Source: Dendrobates tinctorius (Eukaryota). Taken from it: 64,000 nt of DNA. The translations under genes were made by a program, and so were the position numbers. Below, piece after piece: positions 48,547-61,085 of this stretch. The notes below the pieces were generated by a model. That model had not been told where the DNA came from and did no database searches. It worked only from the letters and a program-made list of their open reading frames with translations. Every line of letters starts with the position of its first letter. Within the stretch, counting starts at the first letter, position 1. The stretch is from NCBI RefSeq assembly GCF_039654945.1, contig NW_027361684.1, positions 8,122,001 through 8,186,000 on the forward strand, written 5' to 3'.

Positions 48547-49288
48547 TGGACCCATCCTGGTACATACGTCCTCCATCCAGGACGCATTCTGGTATATATG
48601 TCCTCCATCCTGGGCCCATGCTGGTATATATCTTCTCCATCCTAGGCCCATCCTGGTATATATGCCTCCATCCTGGGCCCATCCTGGTATATATGCCTCC
48701 ATCCTGGGCCCATCCTGGTATATATGCCTCCATCCTGGGCCCATCCTGGTATATATGCCTCCATCCTGGGCCCATCCTGGTATATATGCCTCCATCCTGG
48801 GCCCATCCTGGTATATATGCCTCCATCCTGGTATATATGTTCTCAATCCTGGGATATATGTCCTCCATCCTGGGCCCATCCTAGTGTTATGTCCTCCATC
48901 CTGGGCTCATCCTCGTATATACTGTATGTCATCCATCCTGGGCCCATCCTGGTATATATATCCTCCATCCTGGGCTCATCCTCGTATATACTGTATGTCA
49001 TCCATCATGGGCCCATCCTGGTATATATGTTCTCAATCCTGGACCCATCCTGGGATATATGTCCTCATTCCTGGACCCATTCTGATGCATATGTCCTCCA
49101 TCCTGGGCCCATACCGGTATATATGTCCTCCATCCTGGGCCCATACCGGTATACATGTCCTCCATCCTGGGCCCTTACCAGTATACATGTCCGCCATCCT
49201 GGGCCCTTACCAGTATACATATCCTCCATTCTGGGCCCATCCTGGTATATATATATCCTCCATCCTGGTATATATACTCTCCATCCTC
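48547..49288. repeat. 31-bp minisatellite, about 23 copies, probably internal to a larger non-autonomous element
   Basis: Unit CCTCCATCCTGGGCCCATCCTGGTATATATG (period 31, e.g. 48665 and 48696); homogeneous in the centre and divergent at the edges. Confidence 0.92.
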
Positions 49289-50242
49289 ATATAAATCTTC
49301 CGTTCTGCTGCTGTTCTTTAACGCATAAAAAAAAATAAACAATTCCACTCACCTTCTCTAAGCTCCACCGCCGCTCAGCGTCCTCTTCTGTAGCCGGCAG
49401 CTCACTTCAGAGGGCAACCAACAGGCAGTGCAAGACGTCACTGCCATGCATAACCAGCGACATGCAAGCGGACGTCAGCTGCTGGCCTCTGATTAGCCGT
49501 GGCATGTATTGTGGTGCAGGACCCGTTGAGTAACACACAATTTTTTTTTTTTAATTATTTTTAAAAATATGGCGTGGGGACCCCTCTATTCTTGATAACA
49601 AGCCTTGCTGAAGCTGACAGTTGCAATCCCCAGCTGTTACCTTTGCCTGGCTGGTTATCAAAAATACAGGGAAACCCACAACTTTTTTTTTATAGTTATT
49701 TACAGCGCAGGAGGCGGCTGATGAATACTTCCATCAGCCGCTCCTGCTCTCACTGTTATTAGCGGCAGCAGGTGTCGGATGATGGGATCAGTAGTCCCAT
49801 CAGCTGACACCAATGACTGGAAGTAAACTTTATACCTCCAATCCCAGCTGCGCGCTCATGCTGTCTTTTGATCAGCACAACAAACACCAGGTGTTAAGGG
49901 GCCGAACCTGAAAGTAACACGGATTTCCTGGTCCGTGTCCGAACAATAACTGTTTGGGTTCACTCATCTCCACTTGCAATAGGATTCTCCTTATTAGTAC
50001 AATTATGGCAATGCCAAACATGTCCAGTTTTGTTTTTAATATCTTAGTAGTGAAAAAAAAAAAAAATCAGAAGTTTGCCAAAAATGTTTGAGGTTGTGTC
50101 GCCCATTTTCCAAGACTGGATGCTGTGTTACGGCTTATATTTTGCGGGGCGACAACTGTTTTATTAACAGCATTTTGGGATCGATGTGACATTTTGATTG
50201 CTTGTTTCAGAATTTTTTGTGGTATTGCAGAGACTAAAACAA

Positions 50243-50278
<36 letters not shown>

Positions 50279-50946
50279 GGTATTTTCAGATCTGTTTACT
50301 TATTTTTATATTTTGATAGATCAGACATTTCTAAATGTGGCAATGCCACGAGTATTTTTTTTTTTTAGTATCTTTATATTAAATGGGGGAAAAGGGAGGC
50401 AATTTGAACTTGTGTTTGTATGATTTTTTTTATATTTTATAACTTTTTATTTTTTTTTACTTTTCAATGCACTTGTTAGCCCCCTTAGGGGACTTGAAGT
50501 CTGATCGTTTGTGATCATCTGATCGCTTGTGCTACATACAGCGATGCCACAGCATTGCTGTATATAGTAAAAATCACGGTCTCCTTTGAAGCCAGGCTAC
50601 AGGCATTATAGAAATCCGCAGGCCAAATCCGCATTAAAAAATGCACGGATTTTGACCTGCGGATTCTGCCAAGAGATGCAGATTCCGCGCAGAAAATTCC
50701 GCACAGCAACCCGCAACTTGTGCACATATCCTTAAAAGATCTGGAACAATCCACAAAAAGCAGGAGGACAAACAAAACACAGAAATTGTGATAAACTCCA
50801 AGCACTGATTAGACAAGACTCATTCAAGATTGGGCCCAGGGCGAATGGAAGTAGTGATAAAGAAGGGACAACTCTGTAAATATTGAGTCTTTACATAAAC
50901 TTTGTGTTTGTCAATAAAGGTTCAAAAACTTGTAAAATCCTTATAA

Positions 50947-53000
50947 GGGTATGTGCACACGTTGCAGAAAATTTCTGCACAAAAACCTGAATCCCTTCCC
51001 AGAAACCGCACCTATATTTCCACGGCGGTTTTTGTGCGTTTTTTGCGCGGTTTTGATGATTTTTTACCGCAGCGGTTTCTAAAAGCATGGGAGAAGCCTA
51101 AACCGCGGAAAAAAACGCAAAATTAATGTGCATGCAACGGTTTTTACCGCGATGCGTTTTTTTTGCGGTAAAAAAACGCATCAATGTGCACACAAAGCGC
51201 AAAATGCATAGAAATGACTGTGCAGCTTATTTTTAGCGGTTTTATAGTGAAAACCGCGGTAAAAACCGCTAAAAAAAACGCTATGTGTGAACACAGCCTA
51301 AGGCTATGTGCCCACGTAGCGTTTTTTAAACAAAACACTCAGGAAACGGGTTCTCCTTCCCAGAAAACGCACGTTTTTGATGCGTTTTTTTCGTGCGTCT
51401 TTTCGACTATAGGAAATAGCCAAAAACGCGGACCTAACGGGAAATTAACGAACATGCTGCGTTTTTTACCGCTAAGGGTTTCCTTAGTGCTAAAAAAAAA
51501 AAACGCATCCATTGGCACAAAAAGGCCAAAATGCATTTAAATGAATGGGATGCTTCTTGTAAGCATTTTTGATGCGGTTTGACCCCGAAAAACGCATCAA
51601 AAACGCTTAAAAAAACGCTACGTGGGCACAGAGCCTAAATGTACTTCAGTAATTACAGAAACAGATGGCTACGGCTATGTACACACGTCGCGTTTTTGCT
51701 GCATTTTTTTTACTGCAAAATTTAATCTGCGTTTTCCAGTACCAGCAAAAGCTATGAGATCTGAGGAATCTCATGTACACGCATTATTTTTTTTTTCGGG
51801 GGGGGGGGGGGGGGGGGAGGGACTGCTGCGTTTTTGCAATGTTTTTTTCATCCATAGAAAGCAATAAGTCCAAAAACGCAGCAAAAATGCACGTATCAGC
51901 TTTTGCTGTGCTTGTGGTGCAAAAACCTTAAGGGAATTGCATTATGATTTTTTGGAGGGCACTAACCTTTACCAGCATTCACAAGACACAACAAAAATGC
52001 AACAAATACTCAGCAAAACCTGCTGTTTGTAAGCAGCTTCTATATTGCCAGGAGAACAGGTTTTGTCTGCAGAAGAAAAAAAAACGCAGCGAAAACGCAA
52101 CGTGTGAACATAGCCTAAGGCCCACGATGCGATTTTTAAGCGTTTTTGCCGCGATTTTCGGCGCGAAAACGTTTAAAAATCGTGTACAGAACGCCCCCCA
52201 TGCATTCCTATGGCATTCCGCACATGCTGTGCTAATGCTGCGCTTTTTTCCGCGGCGGAATCGCATCGCAGAAAAAAATCGCAGCATGCTCATTCTTTTG
52301 TGCGGAATCGCAAAGAATTGCCACGATTCTGCACCCATAGGAATGCATGAGAATCGCTTACTTCCCGCATGTGGCTATGCCCACCATGCAGGAAGTTAAG
52401 CGTCTCATGTGCGGTTGGTACCCACGGTGTGGAGGAGAGGAGACTGTCCTCCAGGCCCTGGGTACCATACCCCTGTAAAAAAAAATGAATAAAAAATCGG
52501 GGTATATTTACCATCCGTCGTCCCGCACTGCATTCCCGGCCTAAGCGTTCCCAGTAATGCCTTGCGGCACGGTCCAGTGATGACGTAATCTCGCGAGATC
52601 GCTATAGTAACGCGAGACCAACGTCATCACAGGTCTCGCAAGGCATCGCTGGGAACGCTGAGGCCCGGGATGGCAGCGCGGGACGTCGGAAGGTAAATAT
52701 ACCCCGATTTTTTATTTTTTTTATCATTTTTAACATTTTATCTTTTACTATTGATGCTGCAAAGGCGGCCTCAATAGTAAAAAGCTGCTCACACTTGTCA
52801 AACACTATGTTTGACGAGTGTGACCAACCTGTCAATCACTTTCCAAGCGATGCTTCAAATCGCTTGGAAAGTGCTTGAGAAAATCGCGAACAGAATCGCG
52901 GTAAAATCGCGGTGATATCGCGCGGGAAAAAAACGCGCGATTTCTGGGAAGGAGTCCGGTTTTCACTGTGCGTTTTAAAACGCTACGTGGGCACATAGCC
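50947..53000. mobile_element. Cluster of four MITEs: 50947-51298, 51302-51635, 51673-52115, 52119-53000
   Basis: Each starts GG.TATGT.C.CACG (the last has a shortened left TIR) and ends ...CA.AGCC. Junctions read GCC-TAA-GG at 51299, 52116 and 53001. Confidence 0.85.
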
Positions 53001-53513
53001 TAAGGGTGCTTTTGCACTGTGTTCTGTGTCACCGTCGGGAAAAAAGTCCGAAATCCCCAGCAAAACCTGGTCCGTACGCATGTGCAGACGAGGCCAATAG
53101 ACTGCGATGGTGACGGCAGAGCGAACATGCGTGCTGCCGTGCGCTTTTTTCAGGAGTTTACACCTACTGGAGGCGGACAGTCAGAGGTTGTAGACTGCGT
53201 CTGAGTGTCTGCCTCTTGTACGGTAGACACACACTCCAGAGAAAAGTCCCACTGCAGTCTATTGTTTCACAGGTAGAGAATTGATCTCTGTGCAGGTATG
53301 GAACCAAAACTTCTGACCCCGTCCACGTCACTTCCGGCTACAGCGCTGGCGATCACTGACGTCGACCTGGCTTCAGCGGTACGCGCCTTGAATCAGCTGA
53401 TTGTGGAACGCATACAGCGTTCTAACGTATGCTTCAGGCTACCTCGGCGCACATGTGCTCGTTCCTAGCGTGACCCAGGTGCAACACATGAGTAATGATA
53501 TGGGCCTTATATA

Positions 53514-53970
53514 CAGGGTGGGCCATTTGTATGGATACAGATAAATAAAATGGGAATGTTTGGTGATATTAACTTCCTGTTTGTGGCATATTAGTATATG
53601 GGAGGGGGAAAACTATTCAAGATGGGTGGTGACCACGTCGGCCATTTTGGATCCAACTTTATTTTTTTTCAATGGGAAGAGGGTCATGTGACACACCAAA
53701 CTTATTGAGAATTTCACAAGAAAAACATTGATGTGCTTGGTTTTAACGTAACTTTATTCTTTCATGAGTTATTTACAAGTTTCTCTTTGTTTACAGCCAT
53801 TGACATGTCGCAGCCAAAAAAGTTTGCCTCATCACTGAACATAAATCTTCTGTGTAAACTGAGGGTCCTGTTCCAATTTTTGTTTTGCCCATTCTGCAAA
53901 TTCAGCGCCGATCTGGGTCACCAACCATTCCTATTTTATTTAGGTGTATCCATATAAATGGCCCACCCTG
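53514..53970. mobile_element. Internally deleted Tc1/mariner-superfamily element (CAGGGTG termini)
   Basis: 26-bp TIR CAGGGTGGGCCATTT(G/A)TATGGATACA; TA on both sides. Confidence 0.85.
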
Positions 53971-55765
53971 TAGCTATACGCACCTCTCCTGAACAGATGA
54001 TATGCATCGCATCATGCAGCACACCATCAAGAGGGATTGATCCCTATGTGCCTGATCTCTACACCCTGGTACCGCAATGGTACTCTCTTTACATTTACCT
54101 TACTCCTGATGAACCTTTTAAAGAGGAAACACGTTGAGTGTTCTTACATCGCTCTTAGTTTCAGGCTTTGATATATTTACCTGTTGCCTCTTATTAGGGA
54201 TGGTGAAAAGATATTTTTCTACATGTTGCTATTTTTGGACATGATCAATACATTATGTTCTATTACATATGATTGCTAGACACCCCCCTCCACTATTCAC
54301 ACTTCCTAGTGCATCCATCCCCTGAGACCCACGTGGTTTTTGCTGACACCTCTAGGGATGAGGGCCAGACGTCGGGTGTGGGGGAACCATTCTCGCTATT
54401 AACTTAGGGCGCCAACCTCCGCTGACAGGCAGGGCACAGAAAGGGTGAATCTGTCCCCTCCCCCACCACTGGCATCAATTTCACTGCCTATGTTGTAGCA
54501 CTATTGCGCTTTAATTATTAAGTGCAATATTCTATATCTATATCAATATATATCTTTAGATCTTTCACTGTGAATAAGGCCAACTCTCGGCCATAGTTGC
54601 ATCCTTTCAGGCTGATTACATCCCCCCCCCCCCAACCTATACAGGATGACACAGGGATAGAAGGGTCAGCAGTCGGTGAGTGGGGGCACCAGTGCGCAGG
54701 TCCTAGGGAGCCAACCTCCGTTGCAAGGCAGGACCAGGCTAGCATTCTAATAGGTTCAGGCACCTCTTGGGTCCTATTTTTTTTTTCTTTTAATGGTGAT
54801 GGTGGTCTCTCTTATTTATATTACCAACTTCCCAGTAAGTAAAGACTTTAATAAAGGTTATATTTTAATAAGTACAGAAGTTGACACGGTGATTTCATCA
54901 AGTGCAGTCTATTGGCCACATCGGCAAATATGCCCAGACTCCAAATGTGAAAGCAGCCTAAAAGAGCTAAAAACACTGCAAACTGTGAAAACCAAAATTT
55001 GTGTCAATCTCAAAACTTTTGGCTGTGACTGTACACACTACTTTCACAGGAAACCAATTAACCTATCTGTAGAGTATAAGTTGAAGCCACAAGAGGCGAC
55101 ACTGACCGCGTCACCAGGCAGCCTAAACCCGTAAGGGACAGCGGCCAATATGGTTTCTACATCGGTTGTAAAATAGCAGCATCGCTTTGTAGATAAACAG
55201 GAGTTTTACTGCAAAGCAATGCGTTTGAAGATGGAAGTGGTCATGTCCTGATGCCGCCCCTTGTGGCCTAATCCTTAAAAGCTTTATTCATAAATTTGGA
55301 TGGCAATAAAAAAAAAAAAAAACCTGCACAAAAAAGAAAACTGAATTAACACGGCGTTAAAATAAACAAAATTTTGCAAAAGAAGCAATAGTTTCACCAA
55401 TTACCAACAATTCCCATTCTGACACTGCACCCGTCTCAATCACCTCCTGCAGCCTTGAGTGTCTGGATTAGTTACTACTGCCTGTGATTGGCTGCAGTGG
55501 TCACATATTCCTTTTTCAGGACATCATCAATGCTTCAGGAAGTAAAGATTGTACGGGACCAAGCAGCATCAGAATGTGAGTGATGGATGATGGGTGAGCA
55601 GTGCTTGTATTATCATTAACTCCTTCTTGGCCTTTTGTAACAATTTTTTACAGGCTGGACATAGAGTAAATCTTGGTGGTGATGCACAGCTGTAGCATAA
55701 AGGTGAAACGGCACAGTCCATCATATCAGACAAGTTGTCAGTGGGTTACATCAGGAGGCTTTTAC

Positions 55766-55841
55766 CTTTCTTCTGCAGCTTCTGAATGGCCTCCCTCCAC
55801 TCCGACCTCTCATAATCTGATGATAACAGGAACAGATAGCT
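55766..55841 (-). CDS. ABR: ABR internal exon (end of PH): [25 protein letters not shown]
   Basis: 76 nt. Acceptor ctcctcctcag|AGC, donor AAAG|gtaaaa (phase 1). Confidence 0.95.
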
Positions 55842-56735
55842 CTGAGGAGGAGAAGAAGACGAGGACTGCATTATCTTACGCAATTTACTATAGAGACATG
55901 GACAAAATGATTAACATACAGCACCTGACACATAAGTCGAGGAAACCACATTACCTGACTATGTAACCCAAAGATCTTGGAGACTTTTCACCAAAATTGC
56001 AGAGTCATAAGTATATTTTTCACTGTAAGGTACACCTGGACACACGTCGCCTTCCCGTGGTGGCCAACGGCTGCACGATTTATTGGCAAAATTGCACAGC
56101 CTTTGGCCACCGTGTACAAGCCGCAAACATTCAGCCACACTGGCTGGTCTTACCCTAAATCAACTTTTAGCATCAATTTTGAGCCCTGCAGCCATTTGGG
56201 AAGGCTGATTAATTTTATTTAATACACTTCACACTTTTGATGTGTGTTGTATCTCACGGGTGACTAATATGAAGGGACGTTTACCTATGTAGTTGTGTTA
56301 CTTTCCTGGTGTGATTGCATTACAAAGAATGGAGTTTAGGCAGGTAAGACTAAGCTTGCAAAGTGTCGGAAGGGCAGCAGTAGAGGTATAGAGTGCAATT
56401 ACACTGGCCAATTATCATGAATGGCAGTTCCTAGGAGCACTCTCATCTCAAAAATCGTACAGTGGAAAAAGGCTTGCAAAACACTCATCCATTTGGGAAG
56501 AAGCCATTGGCGAAACACGCGTCGGGGTGAGAGGATGGCACTTCGGGCTCCAGCTCACAAGGTGAATCGGTCTCCTAATACTTGCAGGCACAGTCATTTA
56601 CTATTTGCGGGCACTTTTTTGATTCTGTCAGTGGTCATTTAGCAGGTTACTTATCACTAGCAATTATAAGCTTATACATTGTTGGGTCTAGTATTAAGTA
56701 TAAGTTGCCTTCATCACAGTCAGTAAACTTGATGA

Positions 56736-56737
<2 letters not shown>

Positions 56738-56771
<34 letters not shown>
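56738..56771. repeat. (TA)n microsatellite
   Basis: About 17 TA units directly 5' of the short CR1 copy. Confidence 0.95.
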
Positions 56772-56772
<1 letters not shown>

Positions 56773-56775
<3 letters not shown>

Positions 56776-56977
56776 TAGAAAAAACTTTTTGACAGTTAGA
56801 GTGATCAATGAGTGGAACAGGCTGCCACGAGAAGTGGTGAGTTCTCCTTCAATGGAAGTCTTCAAACAGAGGCTGGACAGACATCTGACTGGGATGATTT
56901 AGCGAATCCTGCTTTGAGCAGGGGGTTGGACCAGATGGCCCAGGAGGTCCCTTCCAACTCTACGATTCTATGATTCT
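56773..56977 (+). mobile_element. Short CR1 3' end
   Basis: Matches 39749-39950 with one difference seen by eye (CTCTACGA vs CTCTATGA). Confidence 0.95.
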
Positions 56978-57424
56978 CTAACTATATAAAGTTCCTGAAT
57001 TCTCCTTGCACTCCTATAACTTTAATTCTCATATGTACTATATTTTTAGCCATCATGGTTTTGAGTCAGTTTCTTTATTTATCCTCAACTTTGAGGTAGC
57101 TACTGAGCAAATCATCGATATGTTTAAATACTGGTATATATGAAGTATTGGATATTCAAAAAGGACTCTCTAAGCCGGTTGCCATCAGATATATGTAGAC
57201 TATTTCACCGTATTTGCTAGTAAGGAATCTCTACTTAGCATACTAATTTTGTACATTTATGGCGTGTTAGTTCTGGGCCTCTCTGCATTTTATTTTTATG
57301 AATAAAAGTTAATTTTAAACCTAAGGATCTCTTCATTCTCCCTTTGTACTTCCAATGGGATATGAGTACTGCATATTGAATTGAAGTGCCATTATTTACG
57401 CACTTTTGGACACTATTTTGAGCT

Positions 57425-57516
57425 AAACTCCTTACAGATGTTGTCCTTGGTGGGATTGGAACCCAGGACCCCTGTGCTGCAAAGCAACAGTGCCAACCAC
57501 TGAGCCACCATGTTGC
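57425..57516 (-). mobile_element. tRNA-derived SINE head (V-SINE-like)
   Basis: Minus strand GGTGGCTCAGTGGTTGGCACTG (A box) ... GGGTTCCAATCCC (B box-like), followed by non-tRNA sequence. Confidence 0.75.
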
Positions 57517-57615
57517 TCAGGTTAAACCCACTGATTAGCATACATGATTGTTTAACACTTTAAAGGAGTTCTGTCACCCAAAAACTGAATTTGAACCATT
57601 TAGGAGACTTCGCCT

Positions 57616-57684
57616 CAGGGCTGAGGAGTCGAAGTCTTGGAAATTCAGGCGTCGGAGGTTTGGCTTACCGACTCCACAGCCCTG
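57616..57684. mobile_element. 69-bp minimal copy of the CAGGGCTGTGGAGTC hAT family
   Basis: CAGGGCTGAGGAGTCG...CGACTCCACAGCCCTG; flanks CTTCGCCT / CTTAGCCC (6/8 TSD match). Confidence 0.75.
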
Positions 57685-60197
57685 CTTAGCCCCAATAAAA
57701 ATTATACGTGTACTGTAGATTTTAGCAAATGTGTTTTATAGAAAAGTCTCCTGTGTATAGCAGCCACTTGCTGCACATTGGATCACACGGCAGAGTGTGG
57801 CCTCTACGCACAAGAGGTATGAGAATGTGACACACGTAATGTGCGCATGCATACAGTATGCGCTCACTTATTCCACTCCCGTCAGCTTCAGCTGCTTTGT
57901 AATTTTGTATGCAGCAAGTTGCCACTGCACACAGGAGAGGGATGAGAACTCAGTCCCTGGAAATCAGATACTTATGCAGTTGGTCAGCCGCCCTGATGAC
58001 AGTGTATGCAGGGCTGGTGAGTTAGATCTTATTGTCACATTTCTGCTCAGAAATATAGACGGATCAGGCTCAATACAAGTAAACATGTTGGGATGCACCA
58101 TGTTAAAGGAGTTTTCTAAAGTTGCTTCTTCAGGCGCGCACCGCCACTGTCTCCCAGCTTCCTGCTTTGCAAGGGGGTGGTGCACTCCTGAAGATTGACA
58201 GTTCACACCAATAGCATGGTTGTCTATATGGTGCTTTGATTTTTTCCTCCCCTTCTTTGAAAAAGATAAAGGCTATGGCTTTTCCATCAATATAGCTGAA
58301 TGGAGGCTTGTATTTTGTGGGATCAGTTTTAGTTTTGAGTTAAACCAATCACTTCACATATCTTAACATATCGAAAAATTTGAACAAAATTCCAAAAAGG
58401 GTGAAAACAATATAAATTAGCAAATTTTTTTGTTTATTTGGGTGGGTGGAAGATGAGGTTGGTTCTTATTACAGCATTTATTTTACAGAAAAATTAACTT
58501 GGCAAAATAATTCTCCAAGTCAGTACGATCATGTCAATATCAAGCTTACAAGGTTTTTTTTGGCATTTTCATTTTAGTAGTTAAGAAAAAAAGGTTTGTT
58601 TCCGAACTCCGTATCAGTTCTATTTTTCTGTCCACAGATTTGTGCAACATGTTGTTTTTTTTTTATATGGTGAGCTGCAATTTCCATCTATATCATTTTG
58701 CGGTACACATGACATTTTAATTGCTTTTTATTGCATTATTTGGGGGGGAAGCAATTACCTATATCCATCCAGCACTTTGATCTCTTTACCTTGTTTAGCA
58801 CTGGGTTAATTTTATACTTGATAGTATAGACTTCTATGGATGCGGCACTACCAAAAGGATTTCTTTTTTAGTTTTTCTTTTTTAAATTGCAGGAAAAGGG
58901 AATCAAAGTTTTATATTTTCTCTTAACATTTTTAAAATAATTTAATTCATTTTCACTTTGTTTTTTTAGTCTCCCTCAGCAAATTGAATCTGTTTGATCA
59001 CTTGATTGCTTCTAGTAATTACTGCAACTCTTCAGTATTGTAGTATTTAGTGAAATTGACAATCTTCTGAGGAAATAAAAAGACCGCAACAATGCAGTTA
59101 CACGAGTGCACCGACAACGCAACCACTGAGATTGTACTGTCAGTGATCGTCAGAGGCATCTAAGCAATCGGAGTCCTAGTTGCTGCTATTCGAGGCAGAT
59201 GCCGGCTGTACAATGCTCCATACACGCACAAACTGATTCTGCCTAGTAGAATAGGGTAGAATAATATGCGTGTTGTTCTGGAGCAAACATGTACCAACAT
59301 GCTGCATGTACCGACTAACCTCTGGGTATGAAAAATTGTGAAGGACGATCAAAAAAGTGTCTAGAACGCTAGATTCTGCTCATCTTATGGAGATGCTGTC
59401 ATATAAATATGAATTTATATTTGCAGTTTTAAAGACTTTCACCCTAGTCTCTACGATTGCACTCACATTGCCTAGCACGGATTTTGCAGGAACGCATGGT
59501 AAGCCCAATGATTGGAGTTACCAGTTGGGAGCTTTAAGAAGGATCATGGACACAACCTTCAACTACTGAAAATCAAAGTAAACGTTGCGCCACGCGATAC
59601 TTTCCAGAGCAGCTTATATGAATCACACATCCCAAGATGAAAAGTTGACGACTCCTTTAAGGATTATAATCCCCTAGAAGAATGCATGCAAGAATAAATG
59701 TGAATTACTTTCTATCCCTGAGTTCCTCTTATGACTTACAAAGACCATTTCTTTAGCTATTTCAGTTTTCCGGAAACATACTGCCAGCTGAACTGCTCAA
59801 TACAACAACATGGGGTCTGGAGCAAAAAGGAGCTCTTTGAAGGTTTGGCTTTAAAGCAATATGTCCTTGTAATTTGGACTCAAAGGCAAAGAGTGGGTTT
59901 AAAGCCATATCAGTGGAAGATGTGTGTGGAGCTCATATGGCTCCCACGCATTTGTTCCCCCGGCATCCTGACTCACTCCTTACACATCAGACACTGCAGA
60001 AATCCCCTCCTGGCATCATCCTCTCCATATAGAAAATGTTCAAAGTATGCAAATAACCAGTGTCGTCTTTCCTCAATTCCCGAGTGGGAAAACCAAAGCA
60101 GATTCCTATTTGTATCTCTCACACAATACTGGCTTGATCTAGCATCTCAGCGGGCGATGCAGCTGCCAGCTGTGGGCAACCCACGACTACGGCTTAC

Positions 60198-60320
60198 CTT
60201 GCCATTCTTGTTATGGATTCGGAAAGGAATAGTAGGGGAGAAGAGAAGAAGCCAGGATTCATACTCAAACATCTTCTTCTTCAGTCTTTCTATAGCACGA
60301 CTTGATCCTTTATTGGACTT
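60198..60320 (-). CDS. ABR: ABR internal exon (PH): [41 protein letters not shown]
   Basis: 123 nt, phase 0-0. Acceptor ctgcag|AAG, donor AAG|gtaagc. Absent from the ORF track; read directly from the minus strand. Confidence 0.94.
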
Positions 60321-60916
60321 CTGCAGATATAAGTGAGGACAGCAAAGATCAGAAATACCCCGTTACTGCTGGTCAGAAACAAAGTCACTAAGGACAGACA
60401 GGAAATAGGAAAACATTTAACTTATTGACCGCTGGAGGTCCGATCACTAAAGGAGTGCTGGTTTGCATTCTCGATCTCTGCAGAGCCCCATCTGAAAAGG
60501 ACATTTTTAATTTACGTATGACCTTCCTCTATGGGTGGTGAGGCCCAGACTATCTTGGCCTGTCCAGTGAGGCCCCAGCAGAAAAACTTTAGGAAGATCT
60601 GCCCCATCACATCGATAGGGTCGGCCTACGGGGGTCTGTCTATTTCTAGGAGGGATAATAGAGGACCTGCACAGAAACATGAGCTACGATTTTATGAAAG
60701 TATCTACTAATATTAGAAATAGGTCGACTCTGTCCCCACGCAGATTTTATTGTTCCCAGGTTTATGGGACATTAGCTAATCCGCTGGTAAAGCCCTCCTA
60801 AAATACTATTTTACACTTTGCTCTCATGACAGCTTCGGATCCACGGTAATTTACCTTTCGCCCCTTATATATAAAAGGCGAGAATGTAATAAAAGAGCTT
60901 TAATTGATCAACTGAC

Positions 60917-61085
60917 CTTTTCTTTTTGGATCTCACTTTTAAGAACAGATATCTTTGCCTTCATCTCCTCTATCTCATGGTCGGGTGGGGCGTGTAGCTG
61001 TGGAATGGGCTCCGACTCCTCCACGGAGGGGAACACCAGATCGGCCAGGGGGATGTACCACTTACAATCATACTGCTGGTGTTTC
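60917..61085 (-). CDS. ABR: ABR internal exon (PH): [56 protein letters not shown]
   Basis: 169 nt. Poly-T acceptor cag|G completes the Gly codon; donor AAG|gtcagt. [16 protein letters not shown] is ABR-type. Confidence 0.96.

Noticed and set aside
48515-49338. Overlapping 88-253 aa ORFs on both strands
   Set aside because: Translations of a stop-poor 31-bp minisatellite.
57425-57516. tRNA gene
   Set aside because: Has A/B boxes but no convincing acceptor stem or terminator, and continues into SINE-type sequence.
57619-57650. CTGAGGA...GAAA as a hammerhead
   Set aside because: No pairing stems; the sequence is the TIR of the small hAT element.
59731-60336. 201-aa plus-strand ORF overlapping an ABR exon
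   Set aside because: No recognisable motifs; partly the antisense of the exon; treated as chance.
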